Below are positions 26,957-28,410 of a DNA stretch of 28,410 nucleotides, one piece after another. The position numbers and the translations under genes are program-made. This DNA is from Bdellovibrionota bacterium. Its GTDB lineage: Bacteria > Bdellovibrionota_C > UBA2361 > JBGSMV01. The stretch is from contig JBIKWF010000052.1 in the NCBI GenBank assembly GCA_044356455.1, positions 1 to 28,410 on the forward strand, written 5' to 3'. The notes under the pieces are model-generated. The model saw only the letters and a program-made list of their open reading frames with translations. It did no database searches and was not told the origin of the DNA. Each line of letters starts with the position of its first letter. Position 1 is the stretch's first letter.

Positions 26957-28149
26957 CGAGGCGCCCCCTGATTAATCCAGGCCCACAAAAGAGCAATTTC
27001 CTCATCAGGAAGCGGCGGGAGCCCAAGCGGCATACCCAAAGTAGCGCTAGGAGCTTCGCCTGCCACCTCATTGCGCCGCGCCAATAGGTGCTGAACAATT
27101 AAAGGCACTCCCGGATTCTCTGCGGTGCCCGCAAGGACTGAGCGCGTCAGACCATCTTTGCCACGTGCGCCGCGCTGGATTCCCTCATAGGTACCAAGGT
27201 CAAGACCAGCCCCAGAGTAACCAAAACCGCCCGTATTGCCTGGCCCCCCGTCCCCCTTATTTCCGCTCGGATCGGAATGGCAATGCCAACAGATGCGCTT
27301 AAGAACTCGCGAAGACACCTCATCGAAGGTGACCTTGCGCAAAAGAGGAGCGACGGGGCTTGCAGTCCTTGCCTGGGGAATTTTTGTGGTGAGGGAGAAG
27401 ATCTCCTGAACAATACTTTCCTGCTCGCCTTCGCTCAAATGTGGATGAGGCATGAGAGTTCCAGGCTGAATGCTCTGAGGATCCTTAAGCCAAGCACGCA
27501 CCTGTTCTCGTTGCATGCGCAACTTGGTAAGGCCAAGATGCGGAGCCATTCTCATCTCCAGCGGAGAAGAATTCCAATCCTTCCAAGTAACATAGTTCTC
27601 AAGGGGGGCATCTTCAATAGAATGACACCCCAGGCATCCTCGGCTGGCGAGGAGCAGAGGCTCAGTAGATAGTGCGCTCTGAGAGGGTTGATGAGGACCG
27701 AGAATTTCTGGGACTGCTTGCTTCTCTACCCCGTAGAGCGCATCCAGTATCTGCCGAATATCTTCATCAGACAGAAGAAGACGCGGCATTGAGGCTCCGA
27801 GTTTTGGCCTGACAATGTGCGGATTCTTGAGGTATTCCTCTACCCACGAACGCGCAAGTTTTCGGGAAATAGAAGATAACGAGGGCGCTTCCACCAGATG
27901 CTGAATATTGCTGCGCCACTTTCGGGTACGAAGGAATCCATACTGTGAGTCATAGTCTCCCTTCTTTATTGCTTGGTGACACCCCATGCAGCTTTTCTCG
28001 ATGGGGGGAGGTTTGACGTCTGAAACCTGGTGACAACGTGTACACTCAAGGCGCTGAAGCACATCAGCATTCGGCACTTGCGCGTACACAACAACTTTTA
28101 TCGAAAGAGATGCGAGTGCAAGCACGCCAAGAAGCAAGAGACGTCTCAT
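26953..28149 (-). CDS. Exported tetraheme c-type cytochrome
   Basis: Signal peptide; CTRCH, CMGCH, CLGCH and CWHCH; two AP.L...W/YL.NP...P...MP class I cytochrome tails; C-terminal MP....LPDEEIALLWAWINQGA. Confidence 0.85.
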   Translation of the reverse strand: MRRLLLLGVLALASLSIKVVVYAQVPNADVLQRLECTRCHQVSDVKPPPIEKSCMGCHQAIKKGDYDSQYGFLRTRKWRSNIQHLVEAPSLSSISRKLARSWVEEYLKNPHIVRPKLGASMPRLLLSDEDIRQILDALYGVEKQAVPEILGPHQPSQSALSTEPLLLASRGCLGCHSIEDAPLENYVTWKDWNSSPLEMRMAPHLGLTKLRMQREQVRAWLKDPQSIQPGTLMPHPHLSEGEQESIVQEIFSLTTKIPQARTASPVAPLLRKVTFDEVSSRVLKRICWHCHSDPSGNKGDGGPGNTGGFGYSGAGLDLGTYEGIQRGARGKDGLTRSVLAGTAENPGVPLIVQHLLARRNEVAGEAPSATLGMPLGLPPLPDEEIALLWAWINQGAPR

Positions 28150-28230
28150 TTTGCTTTATCATCTCCGAATCTTGGTACGGAACGCCCACACAAAAGACCT
28201 GCTCTTTTTCAAGAATATTCTAAGAACTAA

Positions 28231-28340
28231 GAAACCTCTGAAAAAGTCCGATACTTTATTTTTTCTCTCTGTGATCTCTGTGTCCTCTGTGGTTTTTCAA
28301 CAATTTAAATCAACCACAGAGCGGCTGTGTTCAAAAGCAA
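28231..28340. mobile_element. MITE/REP-like element, copy 3 (inverted relative to copy 1, one arm shortened)
   Basis: Preceded by TAA (28228-28230). CTCTGTGATCTCTGTGTCCTCTGTGGTTTTTCAACAATTTAAATCAACCACAGAG matches the reverse complement of copy 1 exactly. The right end is degenerate and its coordinate approximate. Confidence 0.78.
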
Positions 28341-28410
28341 GAGGAAAGTAAGTTATTTTTAAGCCGGTACCGCTGGAGGGTTGAGATACGCTTTCATCCT
28401 GGTATTTAGG

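Noticed and set aside
28205..28250. Outward hybrid promoter from repeat copy 3 driving the cytochrome gene (minus-strand TAGAAT)
   Set aside because: The -35 match inside the element end is poor at acceptable spacing, so it is too weak to call.
28151..28351. Short ORFs overlapping repeat copies (28151-28351; also 24247-24471)
   Set aside because: They mostly translate the MITE-like element and show no protein motifs.
28359..28410. Possible 3' end of a minus-strand gene at the window edge
   Set aside because: Only about 16 codons are visible, more than one frame is open, and no motif is recognisable.

Overview
Bacterial genomic window with no RNA genes, CRISPR array or transposase. Gene content suggests a Bdellovibrionota/delta-proteobacteria-like lineage, which is inference only. 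In order: (1) a minus-strand lipid-modification operon (HAD phosphatase, GPH-type MFS, DUF1295, cyclopropane-synthase-family methyltransferase, FAD oxidoreductase, truncated DUF1365) resembling the furan-fatty-acid ufa cluster; (2) three Tad minor pilins (TadE, TadE with a long Thr/Pro tail, Cys-rich TadG-vWA); (3) a tightly coupled three-gene exported module: a ~1090-aa triheme cytochrome c/Calx-beta/LamG/Ig-like protein, a CxxCH + PA14 protein and a Tat-exported DUF1501-like protein; (4) an imuA-imuB-dnaE2 mutasome cassette with a perfect 16-bp palindrome over its promoter and four in-frame tandem repeats in imuA; (5) a membrane protein, a CX5R phosphatase, a flavin amine oxidase and a tetraheme cytochrome c. 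The amine oxidase is on the + strand, although the ORF track labels it -. Three copies of a ~110-130-bp MITE/REP-like element built from CACAGAG units are dispersed through the window. The best candidates for new biology are the heme-lectin/DUF1501 module next to the Tad pilins, the imuA operator and the repeat element.
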